A stretch of DNA of 63,507 nucleotides, the filler included, from Candidatus Woesearchaeota archaeon (lineage in GTDB: Archaea; Nanobdellota; Nanobdellia; Woesearchaeales; WJIZ01): assembly GCA_018221205.1 (NCBI GenBank). It is 7 parts of 7 records of this genome, joined end to end, with 100 filler letters (N's around TTAATTAATTAA, not from the genome) between each part and the next. Parts side by side here need not be neighbours in the genome. Positions count along the whole stretch, not along the records: positions 30,881 to 40,734 come from JAAOYF010000036.1; positions 40,835 to 57,831 come from JAAOYF010000037.1; 5 more parts are not named here. One strand, 5' to 3'. Under the pieces are notes generated by a model that saw only the letters and a program-made list of their open reading frames with translations, was not told the origin of the DNA and did no database searches. The position numbers and the translations under genes are program-made. This document shows, one piece after another, positions 39,541 to 49,391 of the stretch; the stretch's first letter is position 1; each line of letters starts with the position of its first letter.

Positions 39541-40139
39541 TCCCTCGCTTGTATGACTAATATCTTTCCTTTCTTTAAGCTTATTGAAGCATTTTTAGCA
39601 TTCATCTCATTGCACGTGCCTGTCCAGCCCGCCTCTGCTTCTCTATTGGTGACGATCCACTTCAATCCTTTATACGCCAATCCTTCAATATCGCTTATCG
39701 CGATGATGCTGACAATATCACCTTTCTTTCCTTTTAGTTCTATAGAATCCTTGACCATATAAATGTTATTATGCTCATCTAAGATAGTAGCAGGATGCTC
39801 CAGTTCGTCTAATACCATGATATTGCCTAAAGTATGGTCTATTCTCCTGCCTATCGCTCCGATGATGATATATTCACTCACTTTATACTGCTTGCTGTAA
39901 TGGATGCATTTCTGTAAATCAGTAGAATTCTGGTCAGAATCATGGAATAATCTGTCTTTGAATAATTCCTTTGCTTTTTTGCTGATGCTGTCCATATCCC
40001 CTATGACTTTATCCGGAGTTATGCCTAATCTGATGCAGTTGTCTGCTCCTCCATCTGCAGCTAAGATCTTGTCTGCTTTTATTTTCTTATAGAATTCTTT
40101 ATCTTTGATCCTTCCGTTTGCGACAATCAGTATTCTCAT
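39537..40139 (-). CDS. thiN: Thiamine pyrophosphokinase
   Basis: AADGGA, GDMDSI, DQNSTDLQK, GRRIDHTLGN. Confidence 0.93.
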   Translation of the reverse strand: MRILIVANGRIKDKEFYKKIKADKILAADGGADNCIRLGITPDKVIGDMDSISKKAKELFKDRLFHDSDQNSTDLQKCIHYSKQYKVSEYIIIGAIGRRIDHTLGNIMVLDELEHPATILDEHNNIYMVKDSIELKGKKGDIVSIIAISDIEGLAYKGLKWIVTNREAEAGWTGTCNEMNAKNASISLKKGKILVIQARD

Positions 40140-40158
40140 AAGGCATCCAGTTATTCTT

Positions 40159-40533
40159 TTAAAGGAGCAATAAGGAAAAGGTGAATACAATATAGAGCAG
40201 CAATACCATCACGACCCACATGGTCCTGAACCACGGGCTCAGTATCTTGTCAGGGAATTTCTCAAGCATGAAGCCGATGAATCCTCCTATAAGATAGCCT
40301 AAGAAGAAGGTGATGATCGCACCTAGGATGATGGCCAAAAAAGGGCAGTAGCTTCCTGTGCATTTCCACAGTCCTGTAGAGACCACATAGATTATCCTGA
40401 AAGGGGCCTGGAAGAACATGGGTATGAATCTGATATCAGCTAAGATATCGATGATGACGTAGAACACGTATAACGTAGGGTATAAGAGCCTGCCTCTCAA
40501 AGCCCCATATTTGAAGTATTCCTTCTTCTCCAT
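40159..40533 (-). CDS. Membrane protein
   Basis: Hydrophobic helices. Confidence 0.6.
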   Translation of the reverse strand: MEKKEYFKYGALRGRLLYPTLYVFYVIIDILADIRFIPMFFQAPFRIIYVVSTGLWKCTGSYCPFLAIILGAIITFFLGYLIGGFIGFMLEKFPDKILSPWFRTMWVVMVLLLYIVFTFSLLLL

Positions 40534-40565
40534 TCAGTTCCTTAAGATGTCCTGCTATATAAATA

Positions 40566-40733
40566 TTAGCCAAAGACATAATAGAGGACAAAGAGCACTC
40601 CGATGGACGTATATATGAGGGTAGCCTTCATCTCTTGCTTGAATTGCTTGCTCCAGAACACATTTGCTATGATGAGCTTGATGATGGAATAGATGCCCAG
40701 TACACCATAGATCATGATACCATGTTCCCATCG
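40566..40733 (-). CDS. Partial membrane protein (5' lost in gap)
   Basis: Frame open from the gap: RWEHGIMIYGVLG...LYYVFG*. Confidence 0.5.
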   Translation of the reverse strand, partial: RWEHGIMIYGVLGIYSIIKLIIANVFWSKQFKQEMKATLIYTSIGVLFVLYYVFG

Positions 40734-40734
40734 C

Positions 40735-40834
40735 NNNNNNNNNNNNNNNNNNNNNNNNNNNNNNNNNNNNNNNNNNNNTTAATTAATTAANNNNNNNNNN
40801 NNNNNNNNNNNNNNNNNNNNNNNNNNNNNNNNNN
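40735..40834. other. Artificial contig linker
   Basis: N/TTAATTAATTAA/N. Confidence 0.99.
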
Positions 40835-41121
40835 TAGACCACCTGTTTGTTTTTTGTAAATAGATAGAATTAATTGGAGAAATATCTTTGAATGATTTAC
40901 GCATCTTTTTCCATCCCCCTTTGCTTCCCCAAAAGGAATAACACTTTTAAGGATTAGCTACAATTAACGCATTATAATTTATAAGCATTTATATTCTGCA
41001 GTGTTTAAGCTTTTAAATGTTCTTTAACTAGGTCCTTTTAAATAAAAAGTTTAATTTGAAGCGTAAAAGACTATTTTTATGGGCAGAAAGGCTTAAATAT
41101 CTTCTTTGCTTCGGCCTTCTT

Positions 41122-41898
41122 ATGCCAACAATCGAATTATCTTTGGAGATATCTATTGAGCAGAACGCTTCTCTGTACTTTGATAAGTCCAAGAAACTTA
41201 AGAAAAAGATTGAAGGGGCTAAAGTAGCTTCAGAAGAGCATAGGAAAAAATTGACGATCCTGGAAAAAAAGAAAGAGATTGAAAAAGAACAGTTTGAACA
41301 AACAAAAGTCTTAACTAAAAAGGACTGGTATGAAAAATTCAGGTGGTTCTTCTCTTCAGAAGGGTTCCTGGTCATCGGCGGCAGAGATGCGACAACAAAT
41401 GAGATCGTCATCAAGAAGCATACTGACAAGACCGATGTTGTCTTCCATACTGATTTAGCGGGAAGTCCGTTCTTTATCATAAAGTCAGAAGGTAAAAAAA
41501 TAGGGAAAAAGACTCTGCAAGAGGTTGCAGATGCTACAGTCACTTTTTCCCGGGTGTTCAAACTGGGCCAATCGAGCTCTCCTGTCTTCCATGTCAGCCC
41601 GGATCAAGTATCTAAAGAAGCACAAAGCGGAGAATATCTCACTAAAGGAGCTTTCATGATCAGGGGCAAGACCAATTATATCGATAATAAGATCAATCTG
41701 GCAGTGGGCAAGAAAGATGGCAAGCTGATGGCAGCACCTTTAGAGGCTATCAAGAAGCATTGTACAGACTATATTATATTAGTGCAAGGAGAGAAGAAGA
41801 GTTCTGAGATCGCAAAAAAGATCAAAGCTAAATTAGGCGGAAATTTAGATGATATCATCAGGATACTGCCTGCAGGCGGGATCGATATAAAGAAATAG
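41122..41898 (+). CDS. NFACT RNA-binding domain protein (short Rqc2/NEMF-like)
   Basis: WYEKFRWF, GGRDATTNE, GEYLTKGAFMIRG. Confidence 0.9.
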   Translation: MPTIELSLEISIEQNASLYFDKSKKLKKKIEGAKVASEEHRKKLTILEKKKEIEKEQFEQTKVLTKKDWYEKFRWFFSSEGFLVIGGRDATTNEIVIKKHTDKTDVVFHTDLAGSPFFIIKSEGKKIGKKTLQEVADATVTFSRVFKLGQSSSPVFHVSPDQVSKEAQSGEYLTKGAFMIRGKTNYIDNKINLAVGKKDGKLMAAPLEAIKKHCTDYIILVQGEKKSSEIAKKIKAKLGGNLDDIIRILPAGGIDIKK

Positions 41899-41927
41899 CT
41901 TGCAGATCTGATGGGAAATCCGTATTG

Positions 41928-42302
41928 CTAATGCTTATATCCAAAGACCTTATCATATCTCTTATGGTCAACGATATCCATTACAAATGTGATAATCTCA
42001 ACCCGGTTGCCAGTGATTGTATAGATCAGTCTCCATCTGTTTGCCAATTCTATTCTCCATGCATTATCGGTATCGTAGTTCAGGCTGTATTTTCCCGGAA
42101 TTCTCCTCTTTGGGATTTGATCTCCTGCAAAGGGATTTTTCTTGAGTAAATCTCTGACACGATTGATGGATCTTAACAGGGTTTGATGGACAGAACTCTG
42201 AATGCCTTTCTTTTTTTCATCACCGACTATTTTGTTCAGTTCTTCATAGGCATCATTTGCTTCTTCTGATAATACGACCCTCACATCCTTTCCTTTAAAC
42301 AT
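41928..42302 (-). CDS. RelE/ParE-like toxin
   Basis: NPFAGDQI, WRIELANRWRLIYTI, HKRYDKVFGY. Confidence 0.75.
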   Translation of the reverse strand: MFKGKDVRVVLSEEANDAYEELNKIVGDEKKKGIQSSVHQTLLRSINRVRDLLKKNPFAGDQIPKRRIPGKYSLNYDTDNAWRIELANRWRLIYTITGNRVEIITFVMDIVDHKRYDKVFGYKH

Positions 42303-42560
42303 TCAGATTTCCTTTCCTTTCTCAATTGCTTTCTTTAGTCTTGGACTTGGGTTGTAAATCCATAGAATTCCTTTATGGCTATCCAGAATCATCCCTCGTT
42401 CTTCTAAATATCCTAGAATTAGGTTAAGTGTCTGATGCATAATCTTCATGGGCATTCTTCTTTTGAGCTCTTCTCTCGTTATCAGGGTATCTGCTTTTTT
42501 TAGTGTCGTCTCTATCATGAGTACAGTCTTTAAATTTGGATAGTGAATTATTTGTGGCAT
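42303..42560 (-). CDS. Small winged-helix protein, probable antitoxin
   Basis: HYPNLKTVLMIE...MHQTLNLILGYLE; immediately upstream of the toxin. Confidence 0.65.
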   Translation of the reverse strand: MPQIIHYPNLKTVLMIETTLKKADTLITREELKRRMPMKIMHQTLNLILGYLEERGMILDSHKGILWIYNPSPRLKKAIEKGKEI

Positions 42561-42828
42561 TCTATATGAACTTATATATAGATATATATAATTACATATA
42601 AAACTTTTGTTTTTTGCGTGATTCATTGGATTAGCTTCAAAACAGTGTCTTCTTTATACCTAATGACCTTTTAAGGAAGCAAGCTCCTTCATCTTTCTTT
42701 CTCTCATTTTTCCGGAAACCTTTCGCTGTTGATAGTTGGATATGTTTCTTGTTGAGTGTGAGATTGGATCTAAGAATGATGCTTCCTTTGACGTAAAGCA
42801 TATATAAACTCCTGAATTCTTTTTTCTT

Positions 42829-43083
42829 ATGAAGTATACAGATGGAAAGAAAAGTTATCCTTCCTATAGGGTATATGCACGGGTACATACCAATAAGTGG
42901 TACCACCCTGAGCATTTGGGGCTTTGCCAAAGACTCATCTCTCCATTTATGAGGATGATCCCAAGAGAACGCCTAAATATGCATTATCTCGATAAGGCAC
43001 ATGAAGTCTTAGAACTGAGCGATGATAGCGACCTTGTCAGCATTACGCTAGAATATACTCATCCAAAATACCGGCCTAAATGA
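42829..43083 (+). CDS. Hypothetical protein
   Basis: ATG ~22 nt after TATATAAA. Confidence 0.5.
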   Translation: MKYTDGKKSYPSYRVYARVHTNKWYHPEHLGLCQRLISPFMRMIPRERLNMHYLDKAHEVLELSDDSDLVSITLEYTHPKYRPK

Positions 43084-43139
43084 TTCTTTTTAGTTATGCC
43101 AGGTAGAATTAGGGATTACAGGCATTTAAATATTTTCTT

Positions 43140-43211
43140 TTAGGGATTACATCCACTGCTCATCACTCTCTTGATCTCTTCAACCATATCAGAAGCTAGA
43201 TAAGTAAACCC
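43140..43211 (-). pseudogene. Orphan duplicate of the nnrD 3' end
   Basis: GFTYLASDMVEEIKRVMSSGCNP* vs gene GYSYLASDMVTEIK; 34/42 nt. Confidence 0.8.
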
Positions 43212-43212
43212 T

Positions 43213-43271
43213 GAGCCTTTTCAAAAGCCTCGGGAAAGAGTACGACATCCTTACTTCGTTCGGAGTCGCAC
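43213..43271. repeat. Two-hairpin mini-element, homologous to 57390-57447
   Basis: 33/39 identity in the first part plus 12/12 TCGGAGTCGCAC tail. Confidence 0.8.
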
Positions 43272-44042
43272 AGACTTAATCTCTGTAACCATATCAGAAG
43301 CCAAATAACTGTACCCCTTATGCTTTTTCAAAAGAATATCTCCTATCAACCCATTATAATAGGCTGCTAACTTTGCTGCCTGTATATTATCCTTGGTCTG
43401 TGCATAGAAACCTGCAGCTAATCCTGCCAACACATCACCTGTTCCTGCTTTGGTCATTCCTGCATTGCCTGTCTTATTATAATAGGTCTTATTTCGGGTT
43501 ATGATCTCATCGATCTTTCCTTTTTTCACAATCACATTTTTTCTTATTGCTTTTTTCAGATCCATTCGGGTGTTTTTCAGCAGGATTTCCATCTCTTTCT
43601 TGTGGGGAGTGAGAATTGAGTTGTTGACATCTGTTAATGAAATGACCTTTAATGCATCTGCATCGATGACTAAAGGCTTTTTTGAATTCTTAACGAATTT
43701 TTTCACAAAAGAAGCTGCTTTTAATGAAATCCCATTGCCGATGAGGACAGTATTATATCGTTTTTCCATCTTCAATAATTCTTTTGCATGGGAAACTGAG
43801 AAATAATTTCCTTTCAGCTTTTTTACAACTAAATCAGGGGATAATGCATTGACTGCCCAGCCTACTTTTTCTGGAGCAGCGATAGTGACCCAATCTACAC
43901 CAGAACGTAATGCTGCCAATCCAGCTAATGCAACTGCACCGATATATTCTTTTGAGCCGCCGATAATAAGAACTCTTCCACTATCACCTTTTTTAGAAGA
44001 AGATTTTCTCTTCGGCAGAACTAATTTTGAGAGGAATTTCAT
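43251..44042 (-). CDS. nnrD: ADP-dependent NAD(P)H-hydrate dehydratase
   Basis: KGDSGRVLIIGGS, VIDADAL, LTPHKKE, GTGDVLAG. Confidence 0.93.
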   Translation of the reverse strand: MKFLSKLVLPKRKSSSKKGDSGRVLIIGGSKEYIGAVALAGLAALRSGVDWVTIAAPEKVGWAVNALSPDLVVKKLKGNYFSVSHAKELLKMEKRYNTVLIGNGISLKAASFVKKFVKNSKKPLVIDADALKVISLTDVNNSILTPHKKEMEILLKNTRMDLKKAIRKNVIVKKGKIDEIITRNKTYYNKTGNAGMTKAGTGDVLAGLAAGFYAQTKDNIQAAKLAAYYNGLIGDILLKKHKGYSYLASDMVTEIKSVRLRTK

Positions 44043-44635
44043 TTCGGTATTCCTATATCAACAACAATTGTCTTGTCCTTATACTTTTTCAGGCCTTTCT
44101 TCAATTCATGGAAGGTGATGATCATGTCCGCGTCAATGATTTTATCGACGACCTCTCCGGTATCTGCATTCAAACCAGTGGGAACATCGATGCTCGCGAC
44201 AAACTTTTTCTTTGCGTTGATCTGATCGACCACTGCTCCCAGCGGATATTTCAATTCACCGCCATAGCTCATGCCCAAAATAGCGTCGATGATGATATCA
44301 TAATCGTCAAAATTTACAAAATCAAGCGAAGTGAACTGTATGAGCTCATTGTTCTGGATCTTTTCAAAATTATGCTTTGCCTCTTCTTTGAATCTTGATT
44401 CATCACCCAAAAAAAGAACCTCTACTTCTGCTTTGTCAGCGAGATGACGCGCCACAACAAAACCATCTCCGCCGTTGTTGCCATGGTAGCAGACAATAAG
44501 AATACGTTTCCCTTTTGCTTTCTTTTCAAGAGCTTTCGCAATCTCCCTTCCGGCATTCTCCATCAATGTTATTTTTGATATTCCTTTCCCTACAGCCTTG
44601 TCTTCTAATGCTCGCATGTCTTCAACTGATATCAT
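44039..44635 (-). CDS. nnrE: NAD(P)H-hydrate epimerase
   Basis: LMENAG, GNNGGDG, SIDVPTG, VVDIGI. Confidence 0.93.
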   Translation of the reverse strand: MISVEDMRALEDKAVGKGISKITLMENAGREIAKALEKKAKGKRILIVCYHGNNGGDGFVVARHLADKAEVEVLFLGDESRFKEEAKHNFEKIQNNELIQFTSLDFVNFDDYDIIIDAILGMSYGGELKYPLGAVVDQINAKKKFVASIDVPTGLNADTGEVVDKIIDADMIITFHELKKGLKKYKDKTIVVDIGIPK

Positions 44636-44670
44636 TATGCCTCAAATGCGTTGTTTGTTTATAAACATTC

Positions 44671-45447
44671 TTATGCAAGAGAGATTTTCTCCATCTTTTC
44701 TCGTGCATCTTCATAATTCCTGAAACGTTTTGTCAACGCATCCACTTCTTTTTCTGCCATGAATCCAGAATCAGAAAGAAATTCAAAAAAATCTTTTTTT
44801 TCAGCATGTTCAATCCTTTTCTGCAACTTGTCATACGGATAATTCAATGCCGGCCTTATCACTTTCTTCTTCATCATCTCCAAAATGATCTTATTTGACC
44901 ACTCTGTTATGTGATCGTGCTGCACAGAGGCTAAAAAGGTATCGCCGAAGATTTCATAGAGCTGCTTGATCAACACTTCTTTATTCTTAAAGTCTAAGGT
45001 AGGAAGAATATCTTTGATCCTTCTGCATTTTCCGAACAACGAACCATGCTCTGAGCCGATGTTCAGGAAAGGAGAGCGGTTGAAAGGGAATAGATTACAG
45101 ACGAACGCACGTTCTTTTCCATAGATGGAGCATTTTCCCTCTTTTTTGAGGAATGGGCATGATCTTGCATTCATCTGATAGGTGACGATGATCAATGAAT
45201 TCGATCCAAGATCGAAAATTGCCCTTGAGGGGATGATCTTAGGATCGATACCGAGCTCTTTCGCATATGCCAAAAAACGTTTCGCTTCAAAATCCCATAA
45301 TGGAAAGGTCATGTCCTCGACCTTTGTCAATTGGATCAATGGCAGTTTACCATAACCGAACTCTTCGATGAATCTTTTCTCTTCTTCAGAAACAAAGCCC
45401 TGTATCAAAGAGCAGCATGTTCCGCAGGCAGCACATTCAAACTTCAT
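44671..45447 (-). CDS. YkgJ-family cysteine cluster protein
   Basis: FECAACGTCC, CPFL...CSIY...CNLFPF. Confidence 0.85.
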   Translation of the reverse strand: MKFECAACGTCCSLIQGFVSEEEKRFIEEFGYGKLPLIQLTKVEDMTFPLWDFEAKRFLAYAKELGIDPKIIPSRAIFDLGSNSLIIVTYQMNARSCPFLKKEGKCSIYGKERAFVCNLFPFNRSPFLNIGSEHGSLFGKCRRIKDILPTLDFKNKEVLIKQLYEIFGDTFLASVQHDHITEWSNKIILEMMKKKVIRPALNYPYDKLQKRIEHAEKKDFFEFLSDSGFMAEKEVDALTKRFRNYEDAREKMEKISLA

Positions 45448-45478
45448 AGAAAAAGAAAAATAAAAAGAATATATTAAT

Positions 45479-45679
45479 CTATTTCTTTTGCATCTCGACC
45501 TGGCATGTTTTACAGGTTCCCATGGCCAGCCCTGTTATTCCCATGAACAGGAATACGATTGTCCACCACTGAAGGCCCCAGAAATTCCAATGGCCTAAGT
45601 CTACTATCACATAGATGATACCCACAACCAATAGGAGGATTGAGCCCATCTTACTACATTTTGCGCATCCGAAACACAT
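45479..45679 (-). CDS. Small membrane protein with CxxC pairs
   Basis: CAKC...two TM helices...CKTC; GAGGT SD. Confidence 0.65.
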   Translation of the reverse strand: MCFGCAKCSKMGSILLLVVGIIYVIVDLGHWNFWGLQWWTIVFLFMGITGLAMGTCKTCQVEMQKK

Positions 45680-45784
45680 TATAAACTACCTCATCTCTTG
45701 TTTTATGTTTTCGATATTTAAAGTTTTGGGAAACCTTTTTGGAAACTTATTGTTTTCCCGCAAGCTTTATAAAGGCCTTCTTTA

Positions 45785-46300
45785 GTGATGGAAGTGATGG
45801 GGTCGCAGCATAAACAACAGCGCATAGGCATCTTTGTCGACGTACAGAACATGTATTATTCTGCAAAGCATCTCTATAATACGAAAGTCAACTTTGTTGA
45901 GATTCTGAAGATGGGTGTTGCTGGCAGACAATTAGTGAGGGCTATTGCCTACGTCATCAAGGCTGATTCGAATGAAGAGAGCAGCTTCTTCGGCGCATTA
46001 GATAAGATCGGCTTTGAGGTCAAGAGCAAAGATCTGCAAGTGTTCTATGGCGGCCATAAGAAAGGAGATTGGGATGTCGGCATTGCGATGGACATCATGA
46101 AATTAGCCTCTAAACTTGATGTCGTTGTTTTAGTCAGTGGAGACGGTGATTTTAAGGAATTATTGGAGCATGCTTCTGCATTAGGATGCAGAACTGAAGT
46201 CATTGCCTTCGGCAAGAGCGCATCCAGTAAATTGAAAGAGCAGGCAGATCTGTTCACTGATCTTGATAAGAACAAAAAGGTACTCAGGCGGAAAACATGA
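45785..46300 (+). CDS. NYN (LabA/DUF88) domain protein
   Basis: FVDVQN, KGDWDVGIAMD, SGDGDF. Confidence 0.92.
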   Translation: MMEVMGSQHKQQRIGIFVDVQNMYYSAKHLYNTKVNFVEILKMGVAGRQLVRAIAYVIKADSNEESSFFGALDKIGFEVKSKDLQVFYGGHKKGDWDVGIAMDIMKLASKLDVVVLVSGDGDFKELLEHASALGCRTEVIAFGKSASSKLKEQADLFTDLDKNKKVLRRKT

Positions 46301-46548
46301 GCGAGATGAATTTTTGCCCCCATTGCGAAGCTGCTACACATAAATTACTTCATTGCAAGGAAGATATCTTCTTCTGCAAAGCATGCAGCCGTTTTTTCAG
46401 ATTCGAATCCTTAGATCAAAAGTGTCCACGATGTACGGGCAGTCTGCGGAAAAGCGACTTTGACAGCCCTTCTAAGGGAGCAGTCTTCCTCTGCACCAAA
46501 TGCAAAAAGACTTGTACTACTCAAGATCTGTTTGAAGAGGAAAATTAA
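46297..46548 (+). CDS. Double zinc-ribbon protein
   Basis: Four CxxC pairs. Confidence 0.75.
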   Translation: MSEMNFCPHCEAATHKLLHCKEDIFFCKACSRFFRFESLDQKCPRCTGSLRKSDFDSPSKGAVFLCTKCKKTCTTQDLFEEEN

Positions 46549-46607
46549 TTACTTTTTGGTAGTAACAGATGGAAAGATTTATAAAGGGGTAATTTTTCTG
46601 TTTTTCT

Positions 46608-47243
46608 ATGATAGAATATATGGAATATACGTATATGTTAGATAATGCCCGCTTAGCTTTTGCAGGATTGCATGTGAATTCTGACAGGACTGCGAGGCTT
46701 GGCTATGCAGAAAATGAACGGAGATCATTGCAGGCGAGGCTAGAACCTAGAGGAGAGCTTGCTAATACGACTGATCATGATACTCTTGAGGATCTTGCAT
46801 ATCTGCAAGTCATGTCAGAGATGGTCGCTAAACTTAATTCTGGCATACCTGAAGAAGAGCTTTATGATAACTATGAGAGAATTTATGAGGAATTGACTGA
46901 ATCGTGCGAGATTCCTTTTGCCGCACGATTACTTGATTTTAATTATAGAATTAGAGTAGGGTATATTGATATGTGGAAAGACAATTTTGATGGGCATGTC
47001 AGCGATCATATGATTAACGAGCAATTTGTGCTTTCTCCTGATGATAGGGAATTTCTTGAGGTTTATGCACGGTTGGTGAAGGAATCCCTAGGGGTGCTGC
47101 ATAATCTGGATGTTGTGCATGAAAATGCAAAAGAAAGGAGTATTGAGATCCCTTCCTTTGGCAAAGATTTTAATACAGAAGAGAAGCGATTAATGGATAT
47201 GGATCATTTAGTAGGTGTGATGTTAAAAGATGGCATATCATAG
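46608..47243 (+). CDS. Hypothetical acidic protein
   Basis: ORF after a TATA box. Confidence 0.6.
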   Translation: MIEYMEYTYMLDNARLAFAGLHVNSDRTARLGYAENERRSLQARLEPRGELANTTDHDTLEDLAYLQVMSEMVAKLNSGIPEEELYDNYERIYEELTESCEIPFAARLLDFNYRIRVGYIDMWKDNFDGHVSDHMINEQFVLSPDDREFLEVYARLVKESLGVLHNLDVVHENAKERSIEIPSFGKDFNTEEKRLMDMDHLVGVMLKDGIS

Positions 47244-47604
47244 GCATGATATAGAGGAGGAACATTCTGGCTACCATAGCCATGGCGATGAAGGCCCGGG
47301 GCAGCCACAATATGGGAGCAATGAGCAGCAGAATGATGCTTCTTCCCCTGAGTACAATAAGCAGGTCGCGGAAGAAGAGGAAAAGGAATCGACTGAATTC
47401 GAGAAGCAGCTTGAAGATGAGCAGAAACCGAAATATAAAAAAGGGGAAGAGGAAGATGTTGTCAAGAAAGCTGCAGATGATGTGCATCAGCAAGTGCATG
47501 AGCAAGAGAAGCAAGAGCAGAGAAAGAAATCAAAAGGCAATATCGATGATGCAATCGAAAAAGCTATAAAAGAGGAGAAGGAAGTCATCCATATAGGTGA
47601 ATAA
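47230..47604 (+). CDS. Hypothetical low-complexity charged protein
   Basis: E/K/Q-rich; overlaps neighbours operon-style. Confidence 0.65.
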   Translation: MAYHRHDIEEEHSGYHSHGDEGPGQPQYGSNEQQNDASSPEYNKQVAEEEEKESTEFEKQLEDEQKPKYKKGEEEDVVKKAADDVHQQVHEQEKQEQRKKSKGNIDDAIEKAIKEEKEVIHIGE

Positions 47605-48071
47605 TGGGATACAAAAACACATCAAGCCTGGCATTTGAAGCAGAGATGCAAGTCTCAGGAGAGTATTCTATCTTTTCTCATGGAGATCTGGGAGCGTTCC
47701 ATAAATCAATCATGAATGCTGATCTGCCTGACTATACAAGGATGTTCTATCATCTTTCTCCAGAGGAACAGTTCGCTGAATTCAAATATGATAAGGTTTC
47801 GGTCGATTATGACAAAGGCCTGAAAGATATACAGGAAGGGATGAGAGGGCCTCCTTTAGAGGTCTATGTGCCTGCACCTATCCTCATGCCAGACGGAGCA
47901 GGAAAGCCCATCCCTGTCGAGATTTTGCCGAAAAAGACGATTGTCGATGAGATATTGAAGGCGCAAGCCGAACTTTTTGGGAAAAGCCGAGAGATTGTCT
48001 TTTCTGAAGAGCAGATCACTATCCTGAAGCACATCAGAAAAAGAGTGTTGAAACTATCTTCTAAAGAATAG
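47604..48071 (+). CDS. Hypothetical protein
   Basis: TAATG coupling with the upstream gene. Confidence 0.6.
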   Translation: MGYKNTSSLAFEAEMQVSGEYSIFSHGDLGAFHKSIMNADLPDYTRMFYHLSPEEQFAEFKYDKVSVDYDKGLKDIQEGMRGPPLEVYVPAPILMPDGAGKPIPVEILPKKTIVDEILKAQAELFGKSREIVFSEEQITILKHIRKRVLKLSSKE

Positions 48072-48107
48072 AAAGTAATATAAATCTTACTCTCTCGCAT
48101 TTTTCAG

Positions 48108-49379
48108 ATGTCCAGGCGGAATTACTTTTTCATTCTTTTACTCTTAGTGTCAGCTATCACTGTTTCTGCAGTCTCAGATGTAGAGATTGTCAAACTGGAT
48201 GATCAGGATAGTGAGATTTGGTCTAGAACCTATGGAGGAAGCAGTGATGATTACCCTTTCTCTGTCCAAGAGGTAAAAGACGGCTATGTTGTTGTGGGCT
48301 ATTCTGAGTCTTTTTCAGCCATGGGAGATATCTGGCTGCTTAAATTGGATCCTGCTGGACTATTGGAGTGGGACATGGTGTATGGGGGTGAGGATGTTGA
48401 TTTCGCTTACTCGATTGAGCAGACCTCAGACCAGGGATTCATCATCGGCGCAACAACGACTTCTTCAGGAGCAGGCAAGAATGATTATTATCTCATCAAG
48501 ACCGACAGTAATGGAGTCATTGAATGGGAAAAGACATTCGGTGGAGCAGAAGACGACACTGCTTTTTCAGCGCAGGAGACTGCGGAAGGAGATTTCATCA
48601 TCGTGGGCTATACTGAATCCTTCGGAGAGGATTTCTGGATTGTCCAGACAGATCCACAAGGAAATTTCAGATCAGAGACTTTTGGCGGCGATGCTGAGAC
48701 TGTTTCTGTTACCGAAACTGTCGATGGCGGCTTTGTCATTGCCGGCTATTCAGGAGACTATGGACAGGGTGTGAGAGATTTCTGGATCATCAATATCCAA
48801 GGAGTGTTCACGACGAGTATAGGGCCTGCCATCGAGAATGCACATAGCCTTCAAGCTACTGCTGATGGGGGTCAGATAGAAGCAAAGAGCACGTTAGCAG
48901 TAGGCGATCAGTTCACTATCATCAAATTGAAGAGCGGCTGCCAGCCCAATTGGCAGCTTACAGGAAGCTGGTCTGCATGCACTAATAATGTCCAATATCA
49001 GAATTATTATGATAAGAACAACTGTGCGGGCAGCACCGCACCTCTGCCTTTGTCGCAATCCTGCGGCACCAGTTCTGGTGGCAGCAGCAGCGGGGGAGGT
49101 GGAGGAGGAGGCAGCATTCCTTCATTCTTTATCGAGGAAGAAGAAATTGAGGGGCAAACACCTGTTGAACCTTTTGAGGAATTCGCTGCAGAAGAGACTG
49201 AAGAGATCCTGCCAGAGCCTGGAATTCGGGAAGACAGCGGCAGAGCACCACCCATTACCGGTCTGGCCATCTCTGGTGAGCCTGGAACTGGAGGAGGGGG
49301 TACGATAGTGAGCTTTCTTTTGAGTGTTGTTCTTCTTGGGCAGTTCTTCGGATACATAATCTTTAATAAATTCGCATGA
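48108..49379 (+). CDS. Secreted beta-propeller-repeat surface protein with C-terminal TM anchor
   Basis: Repeats WxxTyGGxxDD...DGGyvi.G; Gly/Ser linker; PITGLA then TM. Confidence 0.8.
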   Translation: MSRRNYFFILLLLVSAITVSAVSDVEIVKLDDQDSEIWSRTYGGSSDDYPFSVQEVKDGYVVVGYSESFSAMGDIWLLKLDPAGLLEWDMVYGGEDVDFAYSIEQTSDQGFIIGATTTSSGAGKNDYYLIKTDSNGVIEWEKTFGGAEDDTAFSAQETAEGDFIIVGYTESFGEDFWIVQTDPQGNFRSETFGGDAETVSVTETVDGGFVIAGYSGDYGQGVRDFWIINIQGVFTTSIGPAIENAHSLQATADGGQIEAKSTLAVGDQFTIIKLKSGCQPNWQLTGSWSACTNNVQYQNYYDKNNCAGSTAPLPLSQSCGTSSGGSSSGGGGGGGSIPSFFIEEEEIEGQTPVEPFEEFAAEETEEILPEPGIREDSGRAPPITGLAISGEPGTGGGGTIVSFLLSVVLLGQFFGYIIFNKFA

Positions 49380-49391
49380 TATCATGTTCTT

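Noticed and set aside
43140..43316. Diversity-generating retroelement TR/VR pair
   Set aside because: Mismatches are not adenine-specific, copies are short and adjacent, and no reverse transcriptase is in the window.
49070..49115. GGC/AGC/GGA low-complexity run
   Set aside because: Encodes an ordinary Gly/Ser linker.
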